A stretch of 63,917 bases of DNA, the filler included, from Octopus bimaculoides (taxonomy: Eukaryota), in assembly GCF_001194135.2 (NCBI RefSeq). It is 8 parts of 7 records of this genome, joined end to end, with 100 filler letters (N's around TTAATTAATTAA, not from the genome) between each part and the next. Parts side by side here need not be neighbours in the genome. Positions count along the whole stretch, not along the records: positions 14,174 to 36,192 come from NC_068982.1; positions 36,293 to 42,266 come from NC_068985.1; 6 more parts are not named here. One strand, 5' to 3'. Position numbers and translations under genes: made by a program. Of this stretch, positions 24,871 to 37,872 are shown piece after piece (position 1 is the stretch's first letter; every line of letters starts with the position of its first letter). The notes beneath the pieces are model-generated. The model ran no database searches and was not told where the DNA came from. It was given only the letters and a program-made list of their open reading frames with translations.

Positions 24871-25740
24871 TACTGTGTTGAGTGAAAAGTTTTACAATAT
24901 TCTGGTAGCCTATTCGCTTTATTCGTCAAGTTACAACAAAAGTAGCCTAGCATTCAAAGTAGAGGCCATCTGATACACCATCTGAAGCCACCTTTCTGCC
25001 AGTTCTTTGATCCCATGGTGATACCAGTTCCTGCCCTTCGAGGCGAAGAATTCGTTCACTGAAGCTTCCACCTCCTCTTGTCTGATGAAGCGTCACGAAT
25101 GCAGTAAGTGAACCATGGATCGGGACATGTAATAATCCGAAGGAGCTAGGTTCGGACTATATACTGGGTATGACGTCAGTTCGTTTCCTTCAAGTTCCTG
25201 GAATTTATTACGGGTCTTTCGAGCGATATGAGGTCTTGCTGCAAGAAGAGCTTGCATTCTGTTACACAATGCCGAGTATTTATGCCGCACAATGGCTCCA
25301 GCTATAAGGAGTACAGACTGGCATCAATGGTTCAACCGTCCGGAACGAACTCGTAATGAATTATCTCCTCATAATTCCACAAAATGCAGTGCATCACGAT
25401 GTATTGTAAACGTCCATGTTTAGCGACAGGTTCTAGAAGCTGGCCCTTGCTTAACCACTGCCTATGCACATTAGGATTGCAGAAAAATATTCCCCTCAGA
25501 TTATTACTTGTTCCGATCCATGGCTCACTTCCTGCGTTCACGATGCTTCATTAACCAAAAGGAGGTGGAAGCTTCAGTAAAGGAGTTCTTCGACTCGAAG
25601 GACAACTACTGGTATCAGTATGTCAAAAAGAATTGACAGAAAGGTGGCTTCGGACAGGATAGCCACTACTTTGAATGCTAGGCTGCTTTTTCTGTAACTT
25701 GAATAAAGCAAGTTACCAAAATTTTTGACTCAACACAATA
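24871..25740. mobile_element. Two mariner 3' fragments in inverted orientation
   Basis: Minus arm: HCILWNYEEIIHYE..., ARPHIARKT, YSPNLAPSDYY, EEVEASVNEFFASK. Plus arm from about 25500: PSDYYLFRSMAHFL...EVEASVKEFFDSK. Both outer ends are TA + related TIR. Confidence 0.85.
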
Positions 25741-26898
25741 TGTTTCCAGTCAATAGTAACACAACTTCAATAACAACTGCAGTGTGGGGGCGGTTGTGTT
25801 CTATCCCAACTCTGTAAACGATCAAACCAGTTGTTTCAATGATCAGATATTGAATCTTTCTCGCTCATACTTTTTTTCTGTTATCATATAAGTGCAACAG
25901 GAAACGTAAACCTTATTCTGAGCAAAATAAACTGTCAGAGTCAATATACGAACTCATGATTTTTTATTACTGTAGACGACATTTTATTTATTGACCAGTA
26001 CATTCAGTAATTCCTCACAGAAGCCGTAAGACTTCTTTTGAGAATTATTGAACGTATTCTTTCTTCACTGTAAAAATGACCTAACAATGTACCTTTTGTT
26101 CAATGAAGCTACCAATGGTAATATATGTTGTAGAATTTAGAATGTCACTATTCATCTTGATCCATGTTAATTTGAGTTTAAAGAAACAAGCTTAAGTACT
26201 CTTTGAATTCCTTTTTGTCTCCTGGTCAGTATAGAAAAATCTATCTATTGTATTAAATCGATGTTAATAGACTCTTTGGCATATGGTACTTTAAGTCAGT
26301 CAGATGAGGTATAAAGTTAAAAGTATAAAGTTAAAAGAATACACCATGCAGTAGATTGTTCGCTTAATCTGATTCTTTTTTTTCTTCTTCAAAGTTAGTT
26401 TTATTGTTCCTGATGGAAAATGAAAGTTCTATTCTTTTTTTGGTGGGCGGGAAACACATCTAAATTCTTAAATTGAATGCAAATATACTCAGTTTTCGTA
26501 TAAACCCAATTTTCTTCAGCATGATTATCTTGATTCTATTTGTGGTTTTCTTGTTTGCTATTGATGACAACATCATCTTCTTTAAGGACGGGAAATGATT
26601 CTTCATTTGAATGCTGTCATTAATACGAGCAGACAGGGAAGCCTCTGCGTGGTCCTAGACCTCTAGAAGTAGCAGTCAAATTTCTCTCAAATCACATAGT
26701 AGCCGTCTTAAGAATTGAAGTGTTGGATAATATAGCATGTGATAGTTGCCCGTCAATGAACTGACTCCATCTACCATATTTCAAATCAGAAATGTCCATA
26801 GATCGCACTCTCAGTTTGTTTATATCGCCTTTATCATAATTTCCAGATCGATCTAATCTAAACCTTTGAATTTAATTATTCAAAAATCATATAAAACG

Positions 26899-27627
26899 CA
26901 GGCGTAGCCGCGTGGTAAGAAGTTTGCTTCACAACCACATGGTTCTGGATTTGGTCCCACTGCGTGACATCTGAAGCAAGTACCCTCTACTATAGCCTCG
27001 GAGAATGCCGTCTGAATAGATTTGGTAGGCGGAAACTGAAAAAAAGCCTATATATACACGATGTTGAGAAACTGAAAAAAGCCTATCTATACACAAGGTC
27101 GTGAGTTCGATTCCCGGACCGAGCTGTGTTGTGTTCTTGAGCAAGACACTTTCTTTCACGTTACACCAGTTCAATCAGTTGTAGAAATGAGTTGCGACAT
27201 CACTGGTGCCAGACTGTATTGGCTTCTACTTTTCCCTTGAATAACATCAGTGGTGGGGAGATGGGAGGCTGCTATGCATGGGCGACTGCTGGTCTTCCAT
27301 AAACAACCTTGCCTGGACTTGTGCCTCGGAGGGGAACTTTCTAAGTGCAACCTCATCGTCATTCGTGACCGAAAAGGGTCTTTACCCCTTACTTTGCGTG
27401 TGTGCGTGTGTACGTGTGTGTGCGTGTGTACGTGTGTGTGTGTTTGTGTGTGTACTCTGCCATCGCTTAACAACCGGTGCTGATGAGTTTACGTCCCCGT
27501 AACTTTGCAGTTCGGCAAAAGACACCAATAGAATAATTACCCGGCTTAAAAAAAGGTAAGACTAAAATTCTTCAAGGTAATACCCCAGCATTGCCACAGT
27601 CTAATGACAGAAACACGAAAAAGATAG
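26899..27627 (+). mobile_element. SINE family C interrupted by a nested family D SINE (about 27093-27390)
   Basis: C head (GTGGTAAGAAGTTTGCTT...GGAAACTGAAA), then GAGTTCGATTCCCGG...TTGAGCAAGACACTT element, then C tail (ATCGCTTAACAACCGGTGCTG...GTTCGGCAAAA). Confidence 0.75.
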
Positions 27628-28579
27628 TGGATGAAACGATGCAGAAATGTAAAGTAATAATTGAATTAGCTAAATAAATGTTGAATTTTTTATGTAAAGA
27701 TGTATCTATGAGGTTTTAATTATCAGTGAAAGCAATTTTAGGGCGAAGGGTTAGTCAATCACATCGGCTCCAATACTTCATTGGTATTTTATATTATCGA
27801 TAAAAATGGTTTCAATGAGATGCGAACTCACAATGAAAATAACCAGATTTACTGCAAAGAATTTGCCCCGACGCTCTGACGACTTCGCCAGCTCGAAAAA
27901 TCCATAGTTTCTAAATTTAAATATAAGGCCAGTAATTTTGATGGGAGAGGGTTTGCTGATACTGCCGACCCTAGTTCTTGGTTGGTATTTTATTTTATTG
28001 ACTTCAAAGAACTGATAAGCAAAATTGACTTTGGTGGGATTTGAACTCTGTACATAAAGAACAGGAAGATATAATGTAGAATGTTTTTCCCTCCGCTCCA
28101 ACGATCCTGCTTGCTAGAAAACTGATTCTACAGCCATGTCATGATAATGACATTATTGGATTTCTATAAATGGGAAGGAAAGTAATTGATGACACTCATT
28201 ATTCTTCACACACTTCAAATGTCGTTTGTCTTGTTAATAGAACGAATCCTAATTCTCCCGGAAACCTACTTTGCTATACAATTAACCCTTAACCTGATTT
28301 ACAGAAGAGAGCTGTCAAACGCTAGCCAATACCTGGTCAGTCATTTGGTTTGTCATACAGATGTTTCTATAGCAACGTTTGCTGGTGTGCCTTAAATGTG
28401 TTTCCATCACGCTGTTAAAGCGAAAATCAAGAATCAAATCTCGTTGACGTGTGTCACTATTTCTCACTCAGCTATTAATTTCAATTTATCTTTACAGAAA
28501 ATTTGATTTCATATTAGTTCAACAGTTATCTTTTGATTCTAAGTGCTCATTTGGAAAGGCGAGCACTTAATTGTTGAGT

Positions 28580-28960
28580 AGGTGGTGAATTGGTTGAATA
28601 ATTAGAGCGTCGAACAAAAGTCTAACAATATTTAGTTACGATTCAAATTACGCCGAAGTTGACTTTGCCTTTCATCTGATCTGAGTCGATAAAATAAGTA
28701 CCAGTTGAACACTGGGGTTGATGTAATCAACTTAACCCTCCCCCCAAAGTTGCTGACCTTGTGCCAAAATTTGAACTCAATTCTTAATTACAATTAAGGC
28801 GGCAAACTTGCAGTATTGTTAGTATTCTGGGCAAAATGCTTATTTCATCCGTCTTCACTTTCTGAGATCAAATTTCGCCTTTCATCCTTTCGGGATCGAT
28901 GTAATTGACTTACCTCTCCCCCGAACTTACTGACCTTGTGCCAAAATTTGAAACCAATAT
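28580..28960 (+). mobile_element. Tandem SINE family B copies
   Basis: Two units each ending GTGCCAAAATTTGAA. Confidence 0.7.
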
Positions 28961-29219
28961 TTAGTTACGATTCTTTACAGTTAATATCCCATTGAGGTTA
29001 AGTTTGCCTTTCATCCCAATGCCCGTCAAGTACTGTGGAGATTTAAACGTTCCTATAATGTGTCCAAAATATGACTGAATAGGAAACGAGAACATACCAC
29101 ATACAGGATATGTGTACAACCGAAATGACCAACCAGCTGACGAAGCATTGAAAATGGCGTATATGAAGATAAGGTGTTGATTCTTTCCCAATATTTTGAA
29201 GGTCGCGAAATTTAAAGTA

Positions 29220-29650
29220 TATCTTTTATCTTTTACTTATTTCAGTAATTGGAATGCGGCCATGCTGGGATACTGCTTTAAAAGGTTTCGTCGAACGAAC
29301 TGATCCCCGTACTTACTTTTAGGTCTTGTTCTTACTCTCTCGTTCCCTTTTACCGAACCACTTATTTACGGTGATGGAAACAAGGCAACAACAATTGTCA
29401 AGCAACTGAAGAATAACCATGAACCCAAAGACACATACACAAGCGCGAGTGCGCACACACACATATATATACGACAGGCTTCCACACAGTTTCCGTATAC
29501 TAGATTCACTCACAAGGCAGGCATTGGTTAGCTCGCAGTTATAGTAGAAGATATTTGGTCAAGGTGCCGTGTAATGGGACTGAAACCAAAACTAAGTGGT
29601 TTCAAATCAAGCTTCTTAACCAGCTATGCCTGTACCTGTATGCTTTACCG
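29220..29650 (-). mobile_element. Diverged SINE family C copy
   Basis: Matches 46282-46681 along its length. Confidence 0.7.
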
Positions 29651-30833
29651 GTTTGTCTGTGTGACGATGTGTTTCAGAAAAAGAGTAGCGAAAGAGAGAA
29701 AGAAACACAGACACACACAAAAGGGAAAAACTGGTAGACGGAGGATTCAGAAATAGAAATTATAAGAGAACCATAGGGAGAAAGAGGGAGGGAGTGAAAG
29801 AGGCAAAAGTCAACTAAAAGTTAAAATAAACTTTTTGCTAAATAAATTATAGTAGTGTGTTGGAGAACGCTAGTCTACATGTTTTACAGTTTTTAGTTGC
29901 GTTTCTTTATGTTCTGCGTTCAAAATTGGCGAAGATAAACTTGACTTTTAATCCTTTCGAAATCAATGAAATATACAACAGGCCTAGTACGTGGATTCAT
30001 TAAATTATATTGCAAACTCCCCACCAAAATGTGCCCGTGTTAAACAGCGTATATAATGACATATGGGTGTTGTGATGGTCGTCGATTTCTTTCATAATTC
30101 TACTAGCATAATATAAATGATTCGAATTGGCACAAGAGGAAAATGCTTCAACAGGGATTCGAAATCGCCTTGCAGCTTCCACTTAGTAAGAACCTATCTC
30201 TTTCAATGATTTATGTATGAAGATACTCTTATTTATTGTGACTGTGGTAAGAAGTTTGCTTCTCAGCCACACTGTTTCGGGTTCGGAACCACTGTGTGAC
30301 GCCTTGGGCAAGTGTCTGCTACTGTAGCCCCGAGCCCACCAAAGCCTGTGAACGGATTTGATAGACATAAACTGAAAAAAGCTCATCATGTATATATATA
30401 CTGGCAAAAGTCGAATGATGTGAGGAAAAGTAATGTGCTAACTAAGGGAGAATCGGAAACGATTACACTGAACATATAGTAGAATTTGGAAAATCACACC
30501 AGAAATTTATTATCTACTAAAGATGACCTGCTGAGATGATGGAGAAAAATTGGAGTCAGGCCAAAACTGAAGATGCTGACAGGCAAGTTCAGCGAATCTA
30601 GTTGATAGGTGATCGGAGAGGAAAGTGGTTGGAGTTATAAAAGCCTCGATCCTGGCTAGATAGGGGCTCCTACTCTTCTGTGGGCGGAATGCCTATATTT
30701 GTTGTGTGTGCTAAATTTTTGACCTAGCTTCAATCTGTGTTAATCCTTTGACCCACATTACAATTATTTCATATATGTTATTCTTACATTATTTCTCAGT
30801 TCTTTTCTGAATGACATACTTTTATTGTATATA

Positions 30834-31988
30834 CTAGCAGAAATACCCGGCTTTGCCCGGGTTAAAGAGAATAATGAAATCTAAAAACGCCGTCTAGACT
30901 ATGCAACCCTCAACTGTTAGTAGCTACGATACCATATTTCTACATTAATAACTCTCCAATCCATGCCAGCATGGAACATAGACATTAAGTGGAATGCCAG
31001 TCTCTCATCTAGGAGGGCCTTGAAATCAATGTTACCAACTGGGGACTATGTGTGTCGTAGTGATAATAAAAAGACCCAAAGGAGGTCTGCAACGAAATAA
31101 TTTTACTCAACACTTTGCAAGTGAATCAGTGGAGGCAAAGATGCGTCTCATTTACTTGACNNNNNNNNNNNNNNNNNNNNNNNNNNNNNNNNNNNNNNNN
31201 NNNNNNNNNNNNNNNNNNNNNNNNNNNNNNNNNNNNNNNNNNNNNNNNNNNNNNNNNNNNNNNNNNNNNNNNNNNNNNNNNNNNNNNNNNNNNNNNNNNN
31301 NNNNNNNNNNNNNNNNNNNNNNNNNNNNNNNNNNNNNNNNNNNNNNNNNNNNNNNNNNNNNNNNNNNNNNNNNNNNNNNNNNNNNNNNNNNNNNNNNNNN
31401 NNNNNNNNNNNNNNNNNNNNNNNNNNNNNNNNNNNNNNNNNNNNNNNNNNNNNNNNNNNNNNNNNNNNNNNNNNNNNNNNNNNNNNNNNNNNNNNNNNNN
31501 NNNNNNNNNNNNNNNNNNNNNNNNNNNNNNNNNNNNNNNNNNNNNNNNNNNNNNNNNNNNNNNNNNNNNNNNNNNNNNNNNNNNNNNNNNNNNNNNNNNN
31601 NNNNNNNNNNNNNNNNNNNNNNNNNNNNNNNNNNNNNNNNNNNNNNNNNNNNNNNNNNNNNNNNNNNNNNNNNNNNNNNNNNNNNNNNNNNNNNNNNNNN
31701 NNNNNNNNNNNNNNNNNNNNNNNNNNNNNNNNNNNNNNNNNNNNNNNNNNNNNNNNNNNNNNNNNNNNNNNNNNNNNNNNNNNNAGTGAAAGTATTTGAC
31801 ATGAGTGTTTTTGTTTCACTTTTGACACGTAATACTTAAATAGTAGAGGAGATATTATGTTACCGTGGGCTCGAACTCTGCAAGAAGTTAAAATTTTTTT
31901 TGACTAAAACACAACTGGAACCCTAAGTAAGGCATCTGTAAAATTTGAATGAAATTGGTTGTGTAGTTCTCGAGTTTTATGGATTCAC

Positions 31989-32019
<31 letters not shown>

Positions 32020-32049
32020 CACACACATTCTCATTTTTATATATATAGA
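30834..32049 (-). mobile_element. Non-autonomous Helitron
   Basis: Minus strand: A|TCTATATATATA 5' end, (TG)/(TCTG) microsatellite, 3' hairpin CCCGG-GCAAAG-CCGGG at 30846-30861, then CTAG|T. Matches the TC...CTRR, A/T-insertion signature. Middle hidden by N gap. Confidence 0.85.
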
Positions 32050-32136
32050 TGAATGACCACATGGGGCCTCATATATATATATAATGAAATGTTCACATGC
32101 AATAAGGAAAAGATAATTCTTATTATTAGTGGTGAA

Positions 32137-33060
32137 GGCGGCGAGCTGGCAGAATCGCTAGCCCGCCGGACAAAATGCTAAGCAGCATTTCGTCCGTCTT
32201 CATGTTTTAAGTTCAAATGCTGCCGAGGTCGACTTTGCCTTTCATCCTCTCAGGCTCGATAATATAAGTACCAGTAGAGCACTGGGGTCGACGTAATCAA
32301 CTTATCCCCTACCCCGAATTTGCTGGCTTTGTGCCAAAATTTGAAACCATTATTATTAATGGTGGTAAATGGTCAGGCTGGCAGAATCGTTAGCGCATCA
32401 GATAAAACGCTTAGCGGCATTTCTCCCGCCTTTTTGCGTTCTGAGTTCAAATTCCGCCAAGGTCCTCTTGACTTTTCATCCTTTCGAGATCGATAAAATA
32501 AGTGTCAGTTGAGCATTGAGATCGATGTAATCTACTTTGCCACCCCACTTAAATCCCTGGTTTTGTGCTAAAATTTGAAACCATTATTATTAAAGGTGGC
32601 GAATTTGCTGAATCGTCATAATGTTGAAAATATCTTTTAGTATTTGTTCCGGCTTTTTACGTTTTGAGTTCAAATTCCACCAAGATCATCTTTGCTTTTC
32701 ATCTCTTCGGGATCGATAAAATGAAGTACCACTCAAGTACGAGAGTTGATGTAATCGACTAAATTCCTCATTTCAAAAATTGCTGATCTTGTGCTTAAAC
32801 TAGAAACAATCATTGCTGCTGTTATTGTTGCATCTTTAAAATTTTATCATCTATGGGCACAAGGCCTGAAATTAAGGTGGCGAGGGCTTGTCAATTTCAC
32901 TAACTCCAGCACCTGACTAGTGTTTATTTTATCGAACCCCGAAAGGATGAAAGGCAAAGTTGATCTTGGCAGAATATGAATTCAGAATTTAAAACTGGAA
33001 GAAATGCCGCTAAGCATTTTATCCGGCATGCTAACAATTCTGCCAACTCACCACTCTAAA
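32137..33060. mobile_element. Array of SINE family B: three head-to-tail + copies joined by ATTATTATT, then one - copy
   Basis: Units end TTTGAAACCATTATTATT and the next head follows. Confidence 0.85.
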
Positions 33061-34077
33061 GTAGTATCTTTAAAATGCTCAAGATTCTAAATGAAATAAT
33101 TATTGTTTTGAAGCTGCGTTTTAAGCATTTACTTAGAGTCGGGGTGGTTACTTTGTTCATTATCGGAAATGATTTTTCCATTATGCTAAGTCTAAAGTTT
33201 CACCTGAGTAAATGTGTGTGTTTGCTGTCTTAGTATTTGTTTGGGATGATCTTGTATTTATGTAATCAAATTGACTGTGTATTGTATGTATCGCATATAT
33301 CACTACATTTTAATCTATCCAGATGATGTTTTGCAATAAATTTATACATTGTATAGTTTTCACTACTTAAAGTTTAGCGTGTGTCAGAGAAGTAAAAATT
33401 AGCGTGTATAAGAAAAATTTAGCGTATGTAAGAAAAGTAACTTTTACATGTGGGTACGAAATATACCAAAATTGACTTGCAAAGTACTTTTTGACGCATT
33501 TGTTCAATTCACACAATACGCGCGCGTGCGCATTGGGTGTTTGTGTATGTAAATCTGAGTCCGGTTGATGAAGTACTAAAATAAATGTCCAACGCCTGTG
33601 TCAAGTTTTCTGCACCATGACACAACTTAAGACAATAAATTGTTTGATTTCGCAGCAACATACACATTTCAACATTCTAACATTGTTTTTTCATGTCCAA
33701 TAATCGATAAAACTTCTAGAAATACGATCGTATCGAGAAAAATGAGAAAGCATCTAAATGTTCTATTCACGCATTAAAAATAACAGCTAAACCGCCATTG
33801 TCTTAAGGGAAGGGCACATTGGATAATGTAATTCTAGACATAATCTTAAAAGACGGTGTGGAATAGATGTATTTAGTCAAGTTTGACTAGGAGCTAAACA
33901 ATAAAAAGCAACATTATACGTTTATATCTAGTTGAGCTTCTCAATTTACATTACATTAGGGTTTTATTATTTCTTTAATTATAGTTTACCATTCTGGCTT
34001 TCTTCATCGGGAAGAAAGGGATGTTATCAATTTAATTCACCACAGTATCTAACTGGTGTTATTTTATCACAATATAA

Positions 34078-34497
34078 AGGTGGTGAGCTGGCAGAATCGT
34101 TAGCGCGTCGTGCAAAATGTTTACTGGTATTTCGTCTGCCGTTACGTTCTGAGTTCAAATTCCACCGTGGTTGACTTTGCTTTTAATCCTTTCGGGGGTC
34201 GATAAATTAAGTACCAGTTACACACAGGGGTCGATCTAATCGACTTCATCCCTTTGTCTGTCCTTGTTTGTCCCCTCTATGTTTAGCCCCTTGTGGGCAA
34301 TAAAGAAATAAGAATCGTTAGCACCCTTGACAAACATGTTTAGCTGCATTTCTTGCGGCTTTACGTTCTGGGGTCAATTTTATTTTTCTTCATTTCGAGG
34401 TCGGTGAAACAAGTACCAGTCGAGCACTGGAGTTGATGTAACCGACGAGCTCCCTCCTGCCAAATTTTAGGCCTTGTGCTTTTAGTAGAAAACTATT
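34078..34497 (+). mobile_element. Dimeric SINE family B (long-tail unit + headless unit)
   Basis: ...GGGCAATAAAGAAATAAGAATCGTTAGCAC... junction; same architecture at 39378-39810. Confidence 0.8.
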
Positions 34498-35256
34498 CTC
34501 CCAATATTAGGTGGTGGTATGACAGAATCGGAAGTGGGATGAGCTCAATACCTTGCAGTATTTGTTCCGGTTGTTTTCATTCTCAGTTTAAATCCTGCCT
34601 AGGTCATCTTTGCCGTTCATATTTCTGCGATCGATAAAAAATACTAGTAAAGCACAGATTCGATGTTTTTCTTGAGTTTTTTCTTTGTCTGTGGCACCAC
34701 TATTTAGTGAATCAATAATTGGTAGAGGTTGTCCTGCTTTGGATGTTGCCTTTTGTAGACGGCTGATCTGCTACATTTGAGAGAAATGTATCTAGATACT
34801 GTTAAAAGTCTCAGTCAGACAAACTATAATCATGTTCGGTAATTCCTTTCATGCCAGTTACACAACTGTTTCCCAAAAACCTTTAAATGCTTAACTGTAA
34901 TAGTATAGGTTCCTGGTATATGAGTTTGAAAAAAGAATTTGGCAATTTTACAGTTCCATACGACGTGTGTTATAAATCATAAAATATAGCGTTGCCAATA
35001 AATAACAGAAAGTCAAAGATGTAGAAATGGTTAAAATCCCATTTTTAATATTTCAATATTTTCGGGATAAAAATCCCTTCTTCGGGTGGCGTGAGGAGAG
35101 TTTTCCGAATCAGTTTGTAAATTGAATTTCCACATCTTTATTATTTATTGGCAACGCCATATTTTAGTCCGTCTTATTTCTCACTCGCATTGCCAAAAGG
35201 TTTTATTAAAACTCGCGTACCAGTAATTAGAGTCGCATTATTCTGTTAAATCTCCT

Positions 35257-35269
35257 TCAATCTTCATTC
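35257..35269 (-). CDS. Candidate short terminal coding exon (R)NED*
   Basis: Strong acceptor TTTATTTCTTTTTTCTTTGTAG at 35270; phase 2 joins exon 35537-35630. Confidence 0.35.
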
Positions 35270-35536
35270 CTACAAAGAAAAAAGAAATAAATTATTAATC
35301 AAAATTATTTCAAAATTTAAAATGATCACTGCAGCAATGGTCTGGATACAAATTTGCAACTCACGAGCCATCCGATCCATTTAGTCATTATACTTCAATA
35401 TTTAAATTGCAAAGTAAAAGCAATAAATAAATGCAAAACAGAAGTTTGGATGTTTTATCTCTGAAATTAAGAGCTTTGATTCACTAACAGAAACTCTTAC
35501 TGATCAAAGTTGCATTCTTGTGAAAACTCTGCTTAC

Positions 35537-35630
35537 CTACGTAGCCATGCTAATGACCAAACATAAACATCTCGAACGAGTATCCCCTCATTTACATATT
35601 GCTTCAAATGTTTCACATTGTCATTGCATT
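35537..35630 (-). CDS. Candidate internal exon xCNDNVKHLKQYVNEGILVRDVYVWSLAWLR
   Basis: Acceptor TTGTTTTAG, donor TAG|GTAAGC, 94 nt, one open frame (phase 1 to 2). No family recognised. Confidence 0.4.
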
Positions 35631-36032
35631 CTAAAACAATCTCTAACATTTATAAACAAGCTGTAATTTTCTCTTCGTATCAGAGACATAGAAGATAAAT
35701 GTAAATAAGAGAAGCGAATTTCATGTGGACTTAAAACGTTCAATGAAAATGCAAATAAATCAGTCGTTTAGTATTATTGTGTTTGATATTTGAGAATGTC
35801 ATTGATGAATACGAGGAAAAAATCACGCGAAATTCTAGTCTTTAGAGACGCATGGAAATTGTTCCCATTAAGTGTATGTACTTTAGGTGAACGACTTGTG
35901 ATTGTTATTTAAGTCAGCGGCATGATTGCCTTGAGTCACACACACACACACACACACACACACTTGAATACATCAAAATGCATAAAATACATACATACAC
36001 GTGCATATTTGCGTATATACTATGATACACAC

Positions 36033-36078
<46 letters not shown>

Positions 36079-36132
36079 CGATAGATAGATAGATACATAG
36101 ATACGTGTGTGTATATACGTATATGTATACAG

Positions 36133-36192
<60 letters not shown>

Positions 36193-37065
36193 NNNNNNNN
36201 NNNNNNNNNNNNNNNNNNNNNNNNNNNNNNNNNNNNTTAATTAATTAANNNNNNNNNNNNNNNNNNNNNNNNNNNNNNNNNNNNNNNNNNNNGTATATAT
36301 ACATATATATATGTATGTGTGTTTGTGTGTCTGTGTGTGTCCGCCCACCATCGCTTGACAACCGATGCTGGTGTGTTTACGTCCCCGTAACTTAGCGGTT
36401 CGGCAAAAATAGACCGATCGAATAAGTACTAGGCTTACAAAGAATAAGTCCTGGGATCGATTTTCTCGACTAAAGGCGGTGCTCCAGCATGGCCCCAGTC
36501 AAATGACTGAACCAAATAAAAGAGTAAAAAAAAAAGAGTATATGTTAAGACGGTAGGATACAATATCTCATATTTTTGCTGCTATTTCTAGCAGGTCGTT
36601 CCCTTATTAGCTCGAATATTTGACATGCCGCATGCTACGAGAGGGAGACTGTAAGAGAATAACAAAGAAATCATTCACTAAGTATTATGACAAACGAACG
36701 TAGACATGTTCGTAGTTTCTTACAAGGAAACGTAATATCGTATTGGCGGCAACAACAATACTAATTAATGTAAACTTTATTCAAATATGGATTACACAGA
36801 ACGAGATATATGTTAACGGACATACATACATTAATACGTACGTACATACATACATACATTAGTAGATAGATAGACAGATAGAAAGATAGATAGATAGACA
36901 GAGAGATAGATAGATAGATACATACATACATATGTATACATACATGTATAATACATACATGTATAATACATACATGTATAATACATACATGCTCATATAT
37001 ATGTACATACGTGCATACATACTCATATATACATACATACATACATACATATACATATATATAAA

Positions 37066-37276
37066 TGCTTAAAGGAGAATCTGGATAAACTGGGCTTTTC
37101 AGAAAGAGAAATCGACCGGCTGATTCGTATACTATAAGTGCAATCTGTGAGTGGAACAGTAAAGATATGCAAGACTTTTCTCAAGTTCCACATGTGAATT
37201 TGTCTATGTTAACTACATCCCAAAAGATGGAGCCTTGTATCTTTGCTGGAAACTGGCTCCCTTCTCAGTGGAAGAT
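37066..37276 (+). mobile_element. 3' end fragment of a restriction-like-endonuclease LINE (R4/Dong-like)
   Basis: CLKENLDKLGFSEREIDRLIRIL*VQSVSGTVKICKTFLKFHM* resembles the C-terminal helix of REL LINEs; followed by a short UTR ending in TATAATAATTAA. Confidence 0.55.
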
Positions 37277-37411
37277 TTATAATAATTAAGAAATGGAAGA
37301 GATATACATACATACATACATACATAAATACATATTACGGCACTCCGTCACTTACGTCGACGAGGGTTCCAGTTGATCCGATGAACAGAACAACCTGCTC
37401 GTGGAATTAAC

Positions 37412-37454
<43 letters not shown>

Positions 37455-37872
37455 CTCACATATATATACATACATACATTCACACACACATATGTATGTA
37501 TATATACATATCTGTGTGTATACATTTATGTACACATTATATACTCACCGTGCTTGTATATGTGTATGTACATGTATTCAAGACAAACTAATACAATATG
37601 ACCGGAAAAAAAAAACCGAAGAGAGAAAGAAAAGTAGAGGAATAGCTCTAAAATATTTATGTTAATTTTACAAAATATGGATGATTTCGTACGAATTTCA
37701 CCTTTGCAACAAAACGAAAGCGAGGCAGCAGATAGGAATGGAAGTCACTTAGTAATGTTTGAATCTTTTATTATTTATGTATGATGTATTATGTTTATAT
37801 AAAACACCATAAAATTGTAATTAAGTCAGTTTGATTAATCTTAGTAGTCACTACGCGTTAGTAATTTTATAC

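Noticed and set aside
30450-30720. Possible solo LTR (TATAAAA, GC-richer stretch)
   Set aside because: No TG...CA ends, TSD or second copy found.
32137-32810. CRISPR-like repeat-spacer array
   Set aside because: Units are 200-bp diverged SINEs in eukaryotic DNA; no cas genes.
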